NCBI GenBank assembly: GCA_002269645.1
Contig: NIVC01000176.1
Location: 310,001 to 374,000, forward strand
Reading direction: 5' to 3'
Origin: Macrostomum lignano
Lineage: Eukaryota
DNA length: 64,000 nt
The notes beneath the pieces were generated by a model that was not told where the DNA came from, did no database searches, and saw nothing but the letters and a program-made list of their open reading frames with translations. Each line of letters starts with the position of its first letter. Position 1 is the stretch's first letter. The translations under genes were made by a program, and so were the position numbers. This document shows, one piece after another, positions 1-13,382 of the stretch.

Positions 1-385
1 CAATCAATGAGACAGCAACATAAGAGCAAGCAATCAGGTAAACTGTAGGAGAATCAGAGATTAGACAGAAAATAAAAAGACTAGATTGCAACAGATTGGA
101 TTAGACAGTCAGTGTCCGATTTGGGGTCTATATATAGAGAGGGTGCCTGTTAATTGAAAAGGTGCGAATATTATGGTGTCTCGTTTTTATCTGCATTAGC
201 GAGCAGTAAGCGTGGGAAGGGTCAAAGTTGGTTGCCAAGCAGAATTTACGAGAAAAGCTACACAATGATTGAAAAATCATTCTCTTAGTCTCGGTCTGAT
301 CTATCTTGTTTTGCTAATGAAAAGTGCAGATTTCAAATATTCAGAAGATTGGAAAATTCCTTTGGTTTCCGAGAAATCCTGTTGC

Positions 386-551
386 TCAGGTGAGCTCCGT
401 GAAGGTCATGCCGCCTTCCTGTGACGACGACGCGTGACTGCCGGCAGAGGAGCCGGTGGCCATCGGGTAGCTGTCGTAGATGGCGGCGGAGGCGGCTGCC
501 GCAGCGGCCGCTTGCATCATGTGGAAGTTGTCGTAGTGGTGACGCATGTCT
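386..551 (-). CDS. TCF: TCF/LEF exon 5 (terminal; Ala/Ser-rich tail ending ...GGMTFTELT*)
   Basis: Acceptor gccatttgcAG|A GAC ATG (AG at 553-552). It is phase 2, matching the exon 4 donor (GG+A=Gly). The frame is open to TGA at 388-386. Confidence 0.75.
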
Positions 552-647
552 CTGCAAATGGCCGGTGTAAGTTGAAGTTGAAGGTGGAAGCGCGTGGACA
601 CTTTAACAGGCTTAAATTGGATGTATCCTAATTCCTACAGAGCTAAC

Positions 648-1160
648 GGCTACTGCAGGACAGAAGGGTTGCGGCAGTGGCTACTGCAGGACAGAAGGGT
701 TGCGGCAGTGGCTACTGCAGGACAGGCGGGGTTGCTGCGGCAGTGGCTACTGCAGGACAGGCGGGGTTGCTGCGGCAGTGGCTACTGCAGGACAAGAGGG
801 GTAACTGCGGCAGTGGCTACTGCAGGACAGGCGGGGTTGCTGCGGCAGTGGCTACTGCAGGACAAGAGGGGTAACTGCGGCAGTGGCTACTGCAGGACAA
901 GAGGGGTAACTGCGGCAGTGGCTACTGCAGGACAGGCGGGGTTGCTGCGGCAGTGGCTACTGCAGGACAAGAGGGGTAACTGCGGCAGTGGCTACTGCAG
1001 GACAAGAGGGGTAACTGCGGCAGTGGCTACTGCAGGACAGGCGGGGTTGCTGCGGCAGTGGCTACTGCAGGACAAGAGGGGTAACTGCGGCAGTGGCTAC
1101 TGCAGGACAAGAGGGGTAACTGCGGCAGTCGCCACTGCAGGACAGGCGGGGCAGCTGCGG
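648..1160. repeat. 35-bp minisatellite in the last TCF intron
   Basis: Unit TGCGGCAGTGGCTACTGCAGGACA(GGCGGGGTTGC/AGAGGGGTAAC). Two variants recur in an ABB pattern. Confidence 0.95.
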
Positions 1161-1283
1161 TGACTACACAGGAATGCACAATACCACTCCAGTTCTGCAT
1201 CTATTGAGTCGGTAACTCTTTCTCGTCAAAAAAGATTCTTCATAAGCTCAACTTAGTCAATCAAGCACCCGGTTAGTTCTCAC

Positions 1284-1413
1284 CCGGTCATTGCCGGCTT
1301 GTAGTCAATCTTGCCCAGGTAGCTGGCGTGGATGGCCGCCTCGTCCGCCGTGGCGACGCCGTAACCGGAGATTGGCGACGGCTGCTGCATCGGCAGCTGC
1401 AGCTTCTTCAGGT
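1284..1413 (-). CDS. TCF: TCF/LEF exon 4 (DLKKLQLPMQQPSPISGYG...KPAMT)
   Basis: Acceptor tttcattccAG|AC CTG is phase 1 and matches the exon 3 donor. Donor ACC GG|GTGAGA is phase 2. The exon is GC-rich and coding-like within AT-richer introns. Confidence 0.75.
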
Positions 1414-2073
1414 CTGGAATGAAATTTCGGTTTTCAAGTATCGAAGAGATTGCAAAACGCTGAATATCCTTTTCTCGGGGCTTTACAAGAACCACGGGAA
1501 GCTCGGTGTCTTATAAAGCGTCAAATAAAGTCGCTAATTGGATTTGTAGAATGCGTGACAAAGCCTCTGCACCTGCCATCTGGTATTCGATTTATAGACT
1601 TGGCATTGAATCATTACGAGCATTTGTATCGGCAGATTTATTTTGAACAACGATGGACACCAAAATATGAGCAAAACTATCTGACGATAATCCTCGTGTT
1701 ATTTGGGAGCTTCCCCGTTTCCAACGAACATGTCATCAGCTGGCACACTGGGATTTTCTATTCAAAGGAGGCCAATTTGGATCAGGTGCGCTTGTGAACA
1801 AAAAACTGTTTCCAAATTCTACCGTAAAGAAAAGACAGGAAGCAGCTTCTTTGGAGAAAGAAAAAAATTCAAAAGGCTCCTCCATCTGCCTATTCATCAA
1901 CAGCTCGAGTTTGCGCACGAAAGGAACGTTTATGAATTTGTTCGCACACCTGAGCTTCGCGCTGTTGCGCAGCTACCTCTGTCGGGTCTTTAATTTGCGG
2001 ACGAATGGAAATAGAAAATTCTTTCGAGCTACGACGGGAACAGACTGGACTCAAAGAGGAGGGCGATGCGTAC

Positions 2074-2108
2074 CTTGCTGCTGATGGTGCTGCTGGATGT
2101 GCTGCAGA

Positions 2109-2159
<51 letters not shown>

Positions 2160-2332
2160 ATCGTCGACAAGTTGGAGTCACCTCGCCGCTTCTTGGCCTT
2201 CTTCTTGTTGGCCAGCTGCACCGCGTAGTTGTCGCGCGCTGTCCAGCCCGGGTACATCTGCATGTGCAGCTCCTTCTCCTTGCGGGCCAGCTCGTAGTAC
2301 TTGGCCTGCTCCTCGCGTGACAGATTGTGCCA
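2074..2332 (-). CDS. TCF: TCF/LEF exon 3: second half of the HMG box, basic tail, polyQ
   Basis: Translates [50 protein letters not shown], the diagnostic TCF/LEF HMG C-half plus basic tail. Acceptor ctgcAG|TGG; donor CAA G|GTACGC. Confidence 0.95.
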
Positions 2333-3314
2333 CTGCAGTGGAGGGTGGCGCAGTGCGGCATGTAGTTCTCAGGGAGAATGAGCAACGCAAACGCTCACAC
2401 AGGATTTACAGCGGCCTTGACTTTCTAATCATCCGACATGTACAGTCTGTGCCTTTGTGGTTGGCCCTCGTGCAAATGCAATGCACTGAGTTACTTGTGA
2501 ATATCTTCATCTTTATGCAGACTCTAATATAGCTATCAATTATCCGTAGTGGCACTATAAATCTTAGTGATACAATTTTTAGACCGTAAATTTGTTTATT
2601 ACTCCAAAATCACACGCCTAACCCGGTAACTAGACTCGTACATGTATTTAGTGTGTTACCTGTTTGGCCCATTGCTGTGGCTAGCAATTTAGATTAATTA
2701 TGATCCCTACAGTAGCAAACAAGACTCGCATGAGGCCTGTGAGGATCTCGTTAATAGCCTCCCCCCCCCCGGGGGTGGGTGGGTAATTGGGAGTAGGTGG
2801 ATGTGCCAGATCTGATGAGGCTATAGAGCTGCTGGAGACCCTGGGAACTGAACACGCCTGGCCCTGAGTCTCCCCTTTGTCCCGCGGCACGAACGGGACT
2901 GCAGCGTCTCGAGTGCCTCGAGGAATTGCGGCCTTGCCTAGCACTAAATTCTTCTGCTTCTGCATGGGCTTCAACAAAGCAGCAAGTCTTGTACACGGCT
3001 GGGAGTTTATTGTTAGGGAGATGGGCAAAGAAATTTTATTGCTGCAACAGGCAAAAAGTTTTCCCATTCAAATAGCATTGCTGTGAATGGGCAGGCCTCG
3101 GGCAATGCTGATAAATATGCACGCGTGAAGGATGCTGCCTTAGGCTTTGATAGTTAAGTTGCCACTGTAATACCAGCTAGGCTTGCTGTCTTGCTTGTTG
3201 GGCCTTGGGGAATTTTTCTTTGCATTGTTGCTGATGTGCAAATGTGCCAGTGTTTGCCTCAGGTACAGTTAAACATAGACCATGAGGTAAAGATTGAGAT
3301 TTTGAGCGGACATG

Positions 3315-3616
3315 GAGAGAGAGAGAGAGAGAGAGTTAGATGGAAGGGTAGATGGAGAGGTGAAGAGAAGGTACGAGTAGATGGAGAGATGGTAGATTGG
3401 GAGATGGTAGATAGGGAAGTGATATATAGGGAGATTGTAGATGGGGAAATGGTAGATGAGAAGATGGTACATGGGGAAGTGGTAGATGGGGAGATGGTAA
3501 ATGGACAGATGGGTAGATGGAGAGAGGGATAGATACATGTAGAGGGGTAAAGCACATAGATGGATAGAGGGGTATATAGAGAAATAGATGGAGAGAGAGT
3601 AGATGAAGAAAGGGTA

Positions 3617-3674
<58 letters not shown>

Positions 3675-4010
3675 TGGAAGGGTAGATGGAGAGGGGAAGA
3701 GAACGTACGAGTAGAGGGGGAGATGATAGATGGAGAGATGGCAGATGGGGAGATGGTAGATAGGGAGATGGTAGATGGGGTGATAGTAGATGGGGAGATG
3801 GTAGATAGGGAAATGGTAGATGGGGAAGTGGTAGATGGAGAGAGAGAGAGAGATAGAGAGAGGTCGATGGAGAGAGGGATAGATTAGGAGAGGGGTAGGT
3901 GGAGAGAGGGGTAGATGGAGAGAGGGTAGATGGAGAGAGGGTAAATGGAGAGAGGGTAGATGGAGAGAGGGTAGATGGAGAGAGGGTAGATGGAGAGAGG
4001 GATAGATGGA
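3315..4010. repeat. Purine-rich 15-bp minisatellite with (GA)n tracts in the TCF HMG intron
   Basis: GGAGATGGTAGATGG and GGAGAGAGGGTAGAT units. Internal duplication of about 3315-3500 at about 3640-3850. Confidence 0.9.
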
Positions 4011-4048
4011 GAGTGCGTCAGACACAAGTTTGCAATTGCTCTGCTCAC

Positions 4049-4727
4049 CTTGCGCCCAAGAATCTGGTTGATGGCGGCCGACTCCTTGAGTGTGCACTCC
4101 GCCACGACCTTGGCTCGCATCTCCTTCATAAAAAGCATGAAAGCGTTTAGCGGTTTCTTCACGTGCTGCTGCTGTTGCTGCTGCTGCTGGTGATGAGACT
4201 TCCGTGACTTCGGCTCTGAGGAACCTCCGCCGCCACCGCCGCCTCCGCTGCCGCCGCCGCTGTACCCCGTGGTGGTCATCAGACGCTCCATCTGCTGATG
4301 CTGGTGCTGAAGCTGGTGCTGTGGAAGCTGCTGATGCTGATGCTGATGATGCAGCTGATGATGCTGAGCCAGCGAAGAAGGCTCATTCTTGATGCCGATC
4401 AGAGGCTGCTGGCATTCAGCGTGAGCAGCTAGTTGGTCATAGTAGGCATAGGGATTCTGCTGCTGCTGCTGCTGCTGCTGATAGTGATGATGCAGGAGAC
4501 TGGGCGACAGACAGCCAAGACCGGCCGCTGTCTGCTGAGGAGGCGGCGGTGGCGGTGGAGCCAGCATGTGATGCTGCTGATGCGGCTGCTGATGGTAGGC
4601 CATGGCTGACGAGGAGTTGCCGCACCTGCCAATCTGGGCTGAGGTGTAGGCAGGCAGGTGGCCGCCACCGCCACCCCAGCCGGTAAAATCTGGATAGAAA
4701 TGATGGTACTGCTGCTGCTGCTGTTGC

Positions 4728-4759
<32 letters not shown>

Positions 4760-4968
4760 TTGCTGCTGCTGCAGCTGCTGATGCTGCAGATGCTGCGCGT
4801 GAGCGGCAGCTGCGGCGGCGGCCGCCGACGACACGGATACAGAGGCGGATGAAACCGAGTTCGAGCCGTTGCCGCCTCGGCTGCCATCGACGCTGCCGCC
4901 GCTGCCGCTTGGAGACGGGGTGGCAACCGCGGCGCTCAAGTAGGGAACTGACGCCGAGTCGGGATGGC
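4049..4968 (-). CDS. TCF: TCF/LEF exon 2: polyQ/polyG/polyH region and first half of the HMG box
   Basis: Ends [39 protein letters not shown]|GTGAG, with the phase-0 intron between GRK and WH that is conserved in TCF genes. Acceptor ttccgcAAGCAG|GC is phase 1. Confidence 0.93.
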
Positions 4969-5136
4969 CTGCTTGCGGAAGCAAATTGTGAAAGTTTGCA
5001 AAATTGATATCAACTTTAGAAATAGAATACAATTTAATTTAGTTGCTATTAAGTCAGTGCACCGTTTGTGTGCCTGTCCGTTTGCGACTCAACACCCAAA
5101 AGAATGGATAAGAAATCATAATTGATGGGATGCTGG

Positions 5137-5520
5137 CAGAAGCGCGCACTAACAGAAGCGCGCACTAACAGAAGCGCGCACTAACAGAAGCGCGCACTAA
5201 CAGAAGCGCGCACTAACAGAAGCGCGCACTAACAGAAGCGCGCACTAACAGAAGCGCGCACTAACAGAAGCGCGCACTAACAGAAGCGCGCACTAACAGA
5301 AGCGCGCACTAACAGAAGCGCGCACTAACAGAAGCGCGCACTAACAGAAGCGCGCACTAACAGAAGCGCGCACTAACAGAAGCGCGCACTAACAGAAGCG
5401 CGCACTAACAGAAGCGCGCACTAACAGAAGCGCGCACTAACAGAAGCGCGCACTAACAGAAGCGCGCACTAACAGAAGCGCACACTAACAGAAGCGCACA
5501 CTAACAGGAGCGCGCACTGG
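5137..5520. repeat. 16-bp minisatellite (CAGAAGCGCGCACTAA)n
   Basis: About 24 near-perfect units. Confidence 0.97.
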
Positions 5521-7431
5521 CAGAAGCCGCTTGGCATGCAGGGTTCAGCAGAAAAAAGATCAGAGATTGGTTTGAGTCATGACATCCAGAGTCTGCATTA
5601 GATCTCTGATGACCTACCATGAAAGTCAAATAGTCAAGCATTCCCCCATACGCAAGCTGCGCCAGGACTGAGTCACTATAGAGGGAGGCGATGGTCTGAC
5701 GACTATACGAGAATCGGAACTCTATGGAGCATCTGACGCCCCCCCCCCCCGGTCAGGCTAATCTCGTTAGGCCACTCAAGCGGGAGGCCCAGAATTTCGG
5801 TTAAAAAAAGAAAGACCGCGTCTGACTACTATTATATAGGAATTGCTATAAAGCTCGTATAGGAATGCAGCTATAGATAGAGAAGGCAGGCTATAGTCGA
5901 AAACTAAATGACGATTTCGACAATTCAATTCGACTTCGGGGAGGCGGAGGAGGGGATGACGGGGCGGCCGGCCGAGATTGAAGAAAGAAAGGAACTGATG
6001 GCGACCTTATAGACCTGCCTTTCCTCTCTCTAATCAGACGTGAAAGTCTGTTCTAATCCCTCGACATGGGGGGTTGGGGAATTATCAATATGTCGGAATT
6101 AGAGCTGCATGCAGATCTCCGCCGCCCACTCATTTTTAGCTGGGTAGACGGCATTGCGCAGTGCTCAAGCTATAGGATGGGGTTCTCAACTGGACTTCCT
6201 TCCTTGAGCAGCCATCTGCATTGCCATCGCGCTATTCGAACCCGCTATGCTAAAGGAGAGGAAGATTGAATAATATTGACCCCGCGTTTGACTTTCCGCT
6301 CTGAATATACACACCTGTATCAGGCTCGGGAGGGCTAGCGAAATCCGATGAGGTGCAGAGATTGGGCTAATCAAGAGTGTCTGAAGTATCTTATATGCGC
6401 TTGACTTCGTTATACTCGAGTCTGCATGTCTGCATGCGTTTCCAAAATCTCCATTCTTGCTAATTTCTTTTCTTGAGCTCTTGAGGATATGAAAAAAATT
6501 TATGAAGCATGGCTTTAATGCCTTCTGAGTGCTAGGCTCCTTGCTCTAGAGAGGGAGAAGGGGAGAAAGGAGAGATAGAGAAGAACGAGAGAGGGTAGAG
6601 TAGAAAGTGAGGGGGAGAGAGAGGGTAGAGGGTGAGGGGGGGAGAGGGAGGGGAGAGGAGGGGGAGAAGGAGGGGGAGATGGAGACGGAGAGGGAAATGG
6701 AGGCCCTGGGAGGGGAAACAGAGAAGAGGAGTATTGAGTAACAACTCAATTGCTCAAACGGACCGATTTTTCAGGCATAGAAATCAATCATTCAACCCTA
6801 GAAAACGCAGAAACAATTCAAGGCTTGTCTAAGATCTGAAATTCCATGCAATCTCGCTTGCCTTTCTTTGGGTCTAAAGAATAAAGGACTCAGATTTCAA
6901 TTCTGCTTTTTATATTTCGTGTATATGGTATATCTATTCACAATATCGAATCGGTGCCATGCCAATTTGGCATTGAATCATGTGACTGACACGTGTCAAT
7001 CTGGGGAATAGACCCAGACCATTAACCTCCTTCCAGTGTCTATCATAGCTATAAGATGCATGCATCTCAAAACAAAAGAAAAAATCCTATTTGGGATGGG
7101 ATGTGGGAGGGGCAGGGCAGACTCCAGACTTGAAAAAACAACAATTTATAATAGAAATAATCCTATCGAATTTCATAGCATGCAAAATAGCGGAGCGTGG
7201 CGCAGGGATCTTTGTTCAGCTCTTTGTCCAACTCTTCTATACTTACAGTTTGATATTTTTTCCAATTTTTTTTGCTTTAGAATCGATAAGAATGCTCGTT
7301 TAGCATGCTCGACACGTGCGGTCTGTACACAGGTCTCTTTTTAGGGGTTGATTTCGCCATTAATTGATTTTGGTTCAACAATTGTGCTAAAGGCGAATAT
7401 TTATCATGTGTTTAGGGATGCTGCATTATTG

Positions 7432-7792
7432 GGGAGATTCGTCTGCAATTAGATTCGTCTCTGATGAGATTCGTCTCTGATGAGATTCGTCTCTGATGAG
7501 ATTCGTCTCTGATGAGATTCGTCTCTGATGAGATTCGTCTCTGATGAGATTCGTCTCTGATGAGATTCGTCTCTGATGAGATTCGTCTCTGATGAGATTC
7601 GTCTCTGATGAGATTCGTCTCTGATGAGATTCGTCTCTGATGAGATTCGTCTCTGATGAGATTCGTCTCTGATGAGATTCGTCTCTGATGAGATTCGTCT
7701 CTGATGAGATTCGTCTCTGATGAGATTCGTCTCTGATGAGATTCGTCTCTGATGAGATTCGTCAGTTATGAGATTCGTCAGTTATGAGATTC
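7432..7792. repeat. 16-bp minisatellite (GAGATTCGTCTCTGAT)n
   Basis: About 21 units, degenerate at both edges. Confidence 0.97.
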
Positions 7793-7815
7793 GTTTTTAG
7801 AGGGATTCACCCCCC

Positions 7816-8172
7816 AAAGAGGCAGGGGCGCTCACCAAAGAGGCAGGGGCGCCCACCAAAGAGGCAGGGGCGCCCTCCTAAGAGACAGGGGCGCCGACCA
7901 AAGAGACAGGGGCGCTCACCAAAGAGACAGGGGCGCCCACCAAAGAGACAGGGGCGACCACCTAAAAAACAGGGGCGCCCACCTAAGAGACAGGGTCGCT
8001 CACCTAAGAGGCAGGGGCGCCCACCTAAGAGACAGGGACGACCACCTAAGAGACAGGGTCGGTCACCTAAGAGACAGGGGCGCCCACCTAAGAGACAGGG
8101 TCGGTCACCTAAGAGACAGGGGCGACCACCTAAGAGACAGGGGCGCTCACCAAAGAGGTAGGGGGCGCCCAC
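7816..8172. repeat. 21-bp minisatellite (AAGAGACAGGGGCGCCCACCT)n
   Basis: About 17 variable units. It explains the PKRQGRP and GRPCLLG ORFs. Confidence 0.95.
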
Positions 8173-8463
8173 CAATTCAAAACAAGTTTTTTGTGTTGTA
8201 TACTTGCGAGCGCGTTTGTTTATTTCTTGTGAAATTTGGTTAATGACTTGACTTACCAACGCGTTGATCTGCACAATGCACATGGGATCTTGAAGAATGG
8301 GTAATCTATATCTACAGATTTCACTGAGATCTCAAACTCAAATTCTCAAACGATTTGAAGCAGACATTCAGGCAGCTTTTATACCTGCCTGCCTTCTATA
8401 TTCTATTTCTGCCGATAAGAATTCACAGAGCAGGGCTCTGAAGCCCTGAAGAGAGGCACTCAC

Positions 8464-8506
8464 CGTTCGGGTCCTGATACTGCAGCTGACTTTCATACTC
8501 TGCCAT
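8464..8506 (-). CDS. TCF: Putative TCF/LEF first coding exon (MAEYESQLQYQDPN-G)
   Basis: ATG in strong context (aaggATGG), 14 codons plus 1 nt, then a perfect G|GTGAGT donor. The phase matches the exon 2 acceptor. The five exons sum to 1518 nt = 505 aa + stop. It lies just downstream of a CCAAT/GC-rich promoter. Confidence 0.6.
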
Positions 8507-8789
8507 CCTTTAAACGCTTTTTATTTCCTTTTGGTAACTTTCCACAGGGGTCTTTCCGTCTTTTGTGAAATTTGATTACGCCCGTTTGATCTGGCACACA
8601 CACACACACGGGAGGGGCTGGTCTCACACAAACCGCACCTTCCGCCTTCTTTTTAGCTTTGGTTACAAAGGGGAGCAGAATATCGAACCTTTGTCTCAGC
8701 GTGCCCTGCTCTCTCTCTTCTCAAAAGATAAAAGTCAGAGAAAAGGAGAAAAGGAGAAAGAGGCAGAGACAGACACACAGAGGGAAAAT

Positions 8790-9245
8790 TATCTTTTACA
8801 TCAAAGCGGGCTAGCCACCCCATGCCCCCCTTTGCCCCCCTCCCCATCAGCTCACACCGCGAGGCGAGGGGTTGGGGCCGAGGGGAGCTGGGCAAATTGC
8901 GGCGCGCCCCGATCCCCGAATTCCCAATTGGGGCGCGACCGGCAGCTCGCAGCCGCCGCTCCTCATTGGCTGCCGCCCCGGCGGCCGGGTTGCTTTCTTA
9001 GAAATTGGGAATCATTGAGCTTTTTTTGAGCACGTCGAATGGAAATGCAAGGCCGGGATTGAGGGAGGGCGATTTAGGGAGCAAGTGGGAAATCCACTTG
9101 AAGCTCCCCTTTTAAGCTTTGTAGCTTTTTTCTACTACTAAAGAAATCCCCTTTTATCCCCTTGTCAATCAGAGGAGGTCAAAGGAAAAATGGCGAGGGG
9201 CTGCACGGTCGAATTTTACGGTCAATGGCCGATTGGCTTGAAAAA
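8790..9245 (-). promoter_or_regulatory. Probable TCF promoter: GC-rich, several CCAAT boxes, one TCF site
   Basis: ATTGG at 8927, 8965 (AGCCAATGAG on minus), 9004 and 9232 (AGCCAATCGG on minus). CpG-rich segment at 8860-8995. ACATCAAAG at 8798-8806. Confidence 0.5.
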
Positions 9246-9269
9246 TATAACTGATTGAGCTGTGGTCTG

Positions 9270-10070
<801 letters not shown>

Positions 10071-10807
10071 ATCTATTTATTGCATGCATCAGAGATTTTG
10101 TTTGGCTACACGACAGCAAAAACTGAGCGAGCCAAGGATTTAGAGGATTAATTTACCGTTAATCTACTTTTTCTCTATCTGAGCCCGCAACCTGTATGAG
10201 GGCAGCAACGTTTGGGCGCGGTCTCCCCTCTCCTCCCCGCCTGCAGATCTATCGTGGAAATCTAATCTGCACGAAATGCCAAAGCATCTTCTTGCGTTGC
10301 AACCCCCCCCCTGCTTGAGCACCCATGCAGCGCTGCACTCAGCTCAGGCAGAGCGGAGCGGCCGGATGGAGTTACTATGCTCGTATGTACCATGGTATCT
10401 GTTGTGGACAAGTCGCATGTCTCTTAAGTCTTCTACTATATAGCTCTGCTATTGAGTATTAGATGCCAAAAATCGATTTATAAACCTCTGCATACGGCGG
10501 CCCTCTCTTCTCTCACTGATGTCAACTTAGCTTCCAATGCCTATAAATAGTGATGGAGCAATAGAACCCCATTCAGAACTGATTCTGTGGGCATTGGTTG
10601 TCCTTTGCATTGAATCAAGTGAAGGGTATTAGAAATTCTTCGCTAATGGCCGGATAGGATTTTGCTACTTTTGCTTGTCTAAATTCTTTTAAAATCGATG
10701 CCTTTGTTTGTGCGTTTGACTTTGATAGGGCAAATTCTGATTTGCTTGTATAAATGCAGGCAAATCAAGCCTTTTGTAACAGTTCTTTTCCGAAAAAACT
10801 CCCGTTC

Positions 10808-11158
10808 TGAAACCCCACCCAGAATCTCCTGAAACCCCACAAAATCTCTTGAAACTCCAAAAAATCTCCTGAAACCCCATTCAGAATCTCCTGAAACCCC
10901 ATCCAGAATCTCCTGAAACCCCATTCAGAATCTCCTGAAACCCCATCCAGAATCTCCTGAAACTCCATTCAGAATCTCCTGAAACCCCATCCAGAATCTC
11001 CTGAAACTCCATTCAGAATCTCCTGAAACTCCATTCAGAATCTCCTGAAACCCCACAGAATCTCCTGAAACTCCATTCAGAATCTCCTGAAACCCCACAG
11101 AATCTCCTGAAACCCCACAGAATCTCCTGAAACCCCATCCAGAATCTCCTGAAACCCC
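10808..11158. repeat. 20-22-bp minisatellite (CAGAATCTCCTGAAACCCCA)n, copy 1
   Basis: Tandem units; same family as 13383-14298. Confidence 0.95.
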
Positions 11159-11175
11159 TTCGCTCCTTCTCCTTC

Positions 11176-12562
11176 GCTCGCTCTTTCTCGCTATCTACTA
11201 TCTATAGCCAGGACCTGCACCGGAGCGGTTACGAAAATTAGATTTCTCGGTAGTTGCACGTACTCTTTTGCACTACTTGAGTAGTCTGATTTTCGTTCGG
11301 CATGGCTGGTTCCAGCAGGTAGTTCCTCTGGATAAAAGCGCTTACCGCGCCCATTGGCTTTCCAGCTGCCTTAATCGTTTCCGGTGATCTTGTGTGCGTG
11401 CTTTCAGCTTGATTGGCTGCGGCAAGCAAGCTCGAAAGAGCTCGCTTCGCTCGCTCTTTCTCGCTATCTACTATCTATAGCCAGGACCTGCACCGGAGCG
11501 GTTACGAAAATTAGATTTCTCGGTAGTTGCACGTACTCTTTTGCACTACTTGAGTAGTCTGATTTTCGTTCGGCATGGCTGGTTCCAGCAGGTAGTTCCT
11601 CTGGATAAAAGCGCTTACCGCGCCCATTGGCTTTCCAGCTGCCTTAATCGTTTCCGGTGATCTTGTGTGCGTGCTTTCAGCTTGATTGGCTGCGGCAAGC
11701 AAGCTCGAAAGAGCTCGCTTCGCTCGCTCTTTCTCGCTATCTACTATCTATAGCCAGGACCTGCACCGGAGCGGTTACGAAAATTAGATTTCTCGGTAGT
11801 TGCACGTACTCTTTTGCACTACTTGAGTAGTCTGATTTTCGTTCGGCATGGCTGGTTCCAGCAGGTAGTTCCTCTGGATAAAAGCGCTTACCGCGCCCAT
11901 TGGCTTTCCAGCTGCCTTAATCGTTTCCGGTGATCTTGTGTGCGTGCTTTCAGCTTGATTGGCTGCGGCAAGCAAGCTCGAAAGAGCTCGCTTCGCTCGC
12001 TCTTTCTCGCTATCTACTATCTATAGCCAGGACCTGCACCGGAGCGGTTACGAAAATTAGATTTCTCGGTAGTTGCACGTACTCTTTTGCACTACTTGAG
12101 TAGTCTGATTTTCGTTCGGCATGGCTGGTTCCAGCAGGTAGTTCCTCTGGATAAAAGCGCTTACCGCGCCCATTGGCTTTCCAGCTGCCTTAATCGTTTC
12201 CGGTGATCTTGTGTGCGTGCTTTCAGCTTGATTGGCTGCGGCAAGCAAGCTCGAAAGAGCTCGCTTCGCTCGCTCTTTCTCGCTATCTACTATCTATAGC
12301 CAGGACCTGCACCGGAGCGGTTACGAAAATTAGATTTCTCGGTAGTTGCACGTACTCTTTTGCACTACTTGAGTAGTCTGATTTTCGTTCGGCATGGCTG
12401 GTTCCAGCAGGTAGTTCCTCTGGATAAAAGCGCTTACCGCGCCCATTGGCTTTCCAGCTGCCTTAATCGTTTCCGGTGATCTTGTGTGCGTGCTTTCAGC
12501 TTGATTGGCTGCGGCAAGCAAGCTCGAAAGAGCTCGCTTCGCTCGCTCTTTCTCGCTATCTA

Positions 12563-12566
<4 letters not shown>
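11176..12566. repeat. 273-bp tandem repeat, five copies
   Basis: Identical ORFs recur at 11238, 11511, 11784, 12057 and 12330. Each unit ends ...CTCGCTATCTACTATCTAT, and the last runs into (TATC)n. Confidence 0.97.
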
Positions 12567-12645
<79 letters not shown>

Positions 12646-13382
12646 ATCTATTTATTGCATGCATCAGAGATTTTGTTTGGCTACACGACAGCAAAAACTG
12701 AGCGAGCCAAGGATTTAGAGGATTAATTTACCGTTAATCTACTTTTTCTCTATCTGAGCCCGCAACCTGTATGAGGGCAGCAACGTTTGGGCGCGGTCTC
12801 CCCTCTCCTCCCCGCCTGCAGATCTATCGTGGAAATCTAATCTGCACGAAATGCCAAAGCATCTTCTTGCGTTGCAACCCCCCCCCTGCTTGAGCACCCA
12901 TGCAGCGCTGCACTCAGCTCAGGCAGAGCGGAGCGGCCGGATGGAGTTACTATGCTCGTATGTACCATGGTATCTGTTGTGGACAAGTCGCATGTCTCTT
13001 AAGTCTTCTACTATATAGCTCTGCTATTGAGTATTAGATGCCAAAAATCGATTTATAAACCTCTGCATACGGCGGCCCTCTCTTCTCTCACTGATGTCAA
13101 CTTAGCTTCCAATGCCTATAAATAGTGATGGAGCAATAGAACCCCATTCAGAACTGATTCTGTGGGCATTGGTTGTCCTTTGCATTGAATCAAGTGAAGG
13201 GTATTAGAAATTCTTCGCTAATGGCCGGATAGGATTTTGCTACTTTTGCTTGTCTAAATTCTTTTAAAATCGATGCCTTTGTTTGTGCGTTTGACTTTGA
13301 TAGGGCAAATTCTGATTTGCTTGTATAAATGCAGGCAAATCAAGCCTTTTGTAACAGTTCTTTTCCGAAAAAACTCCCGTTC

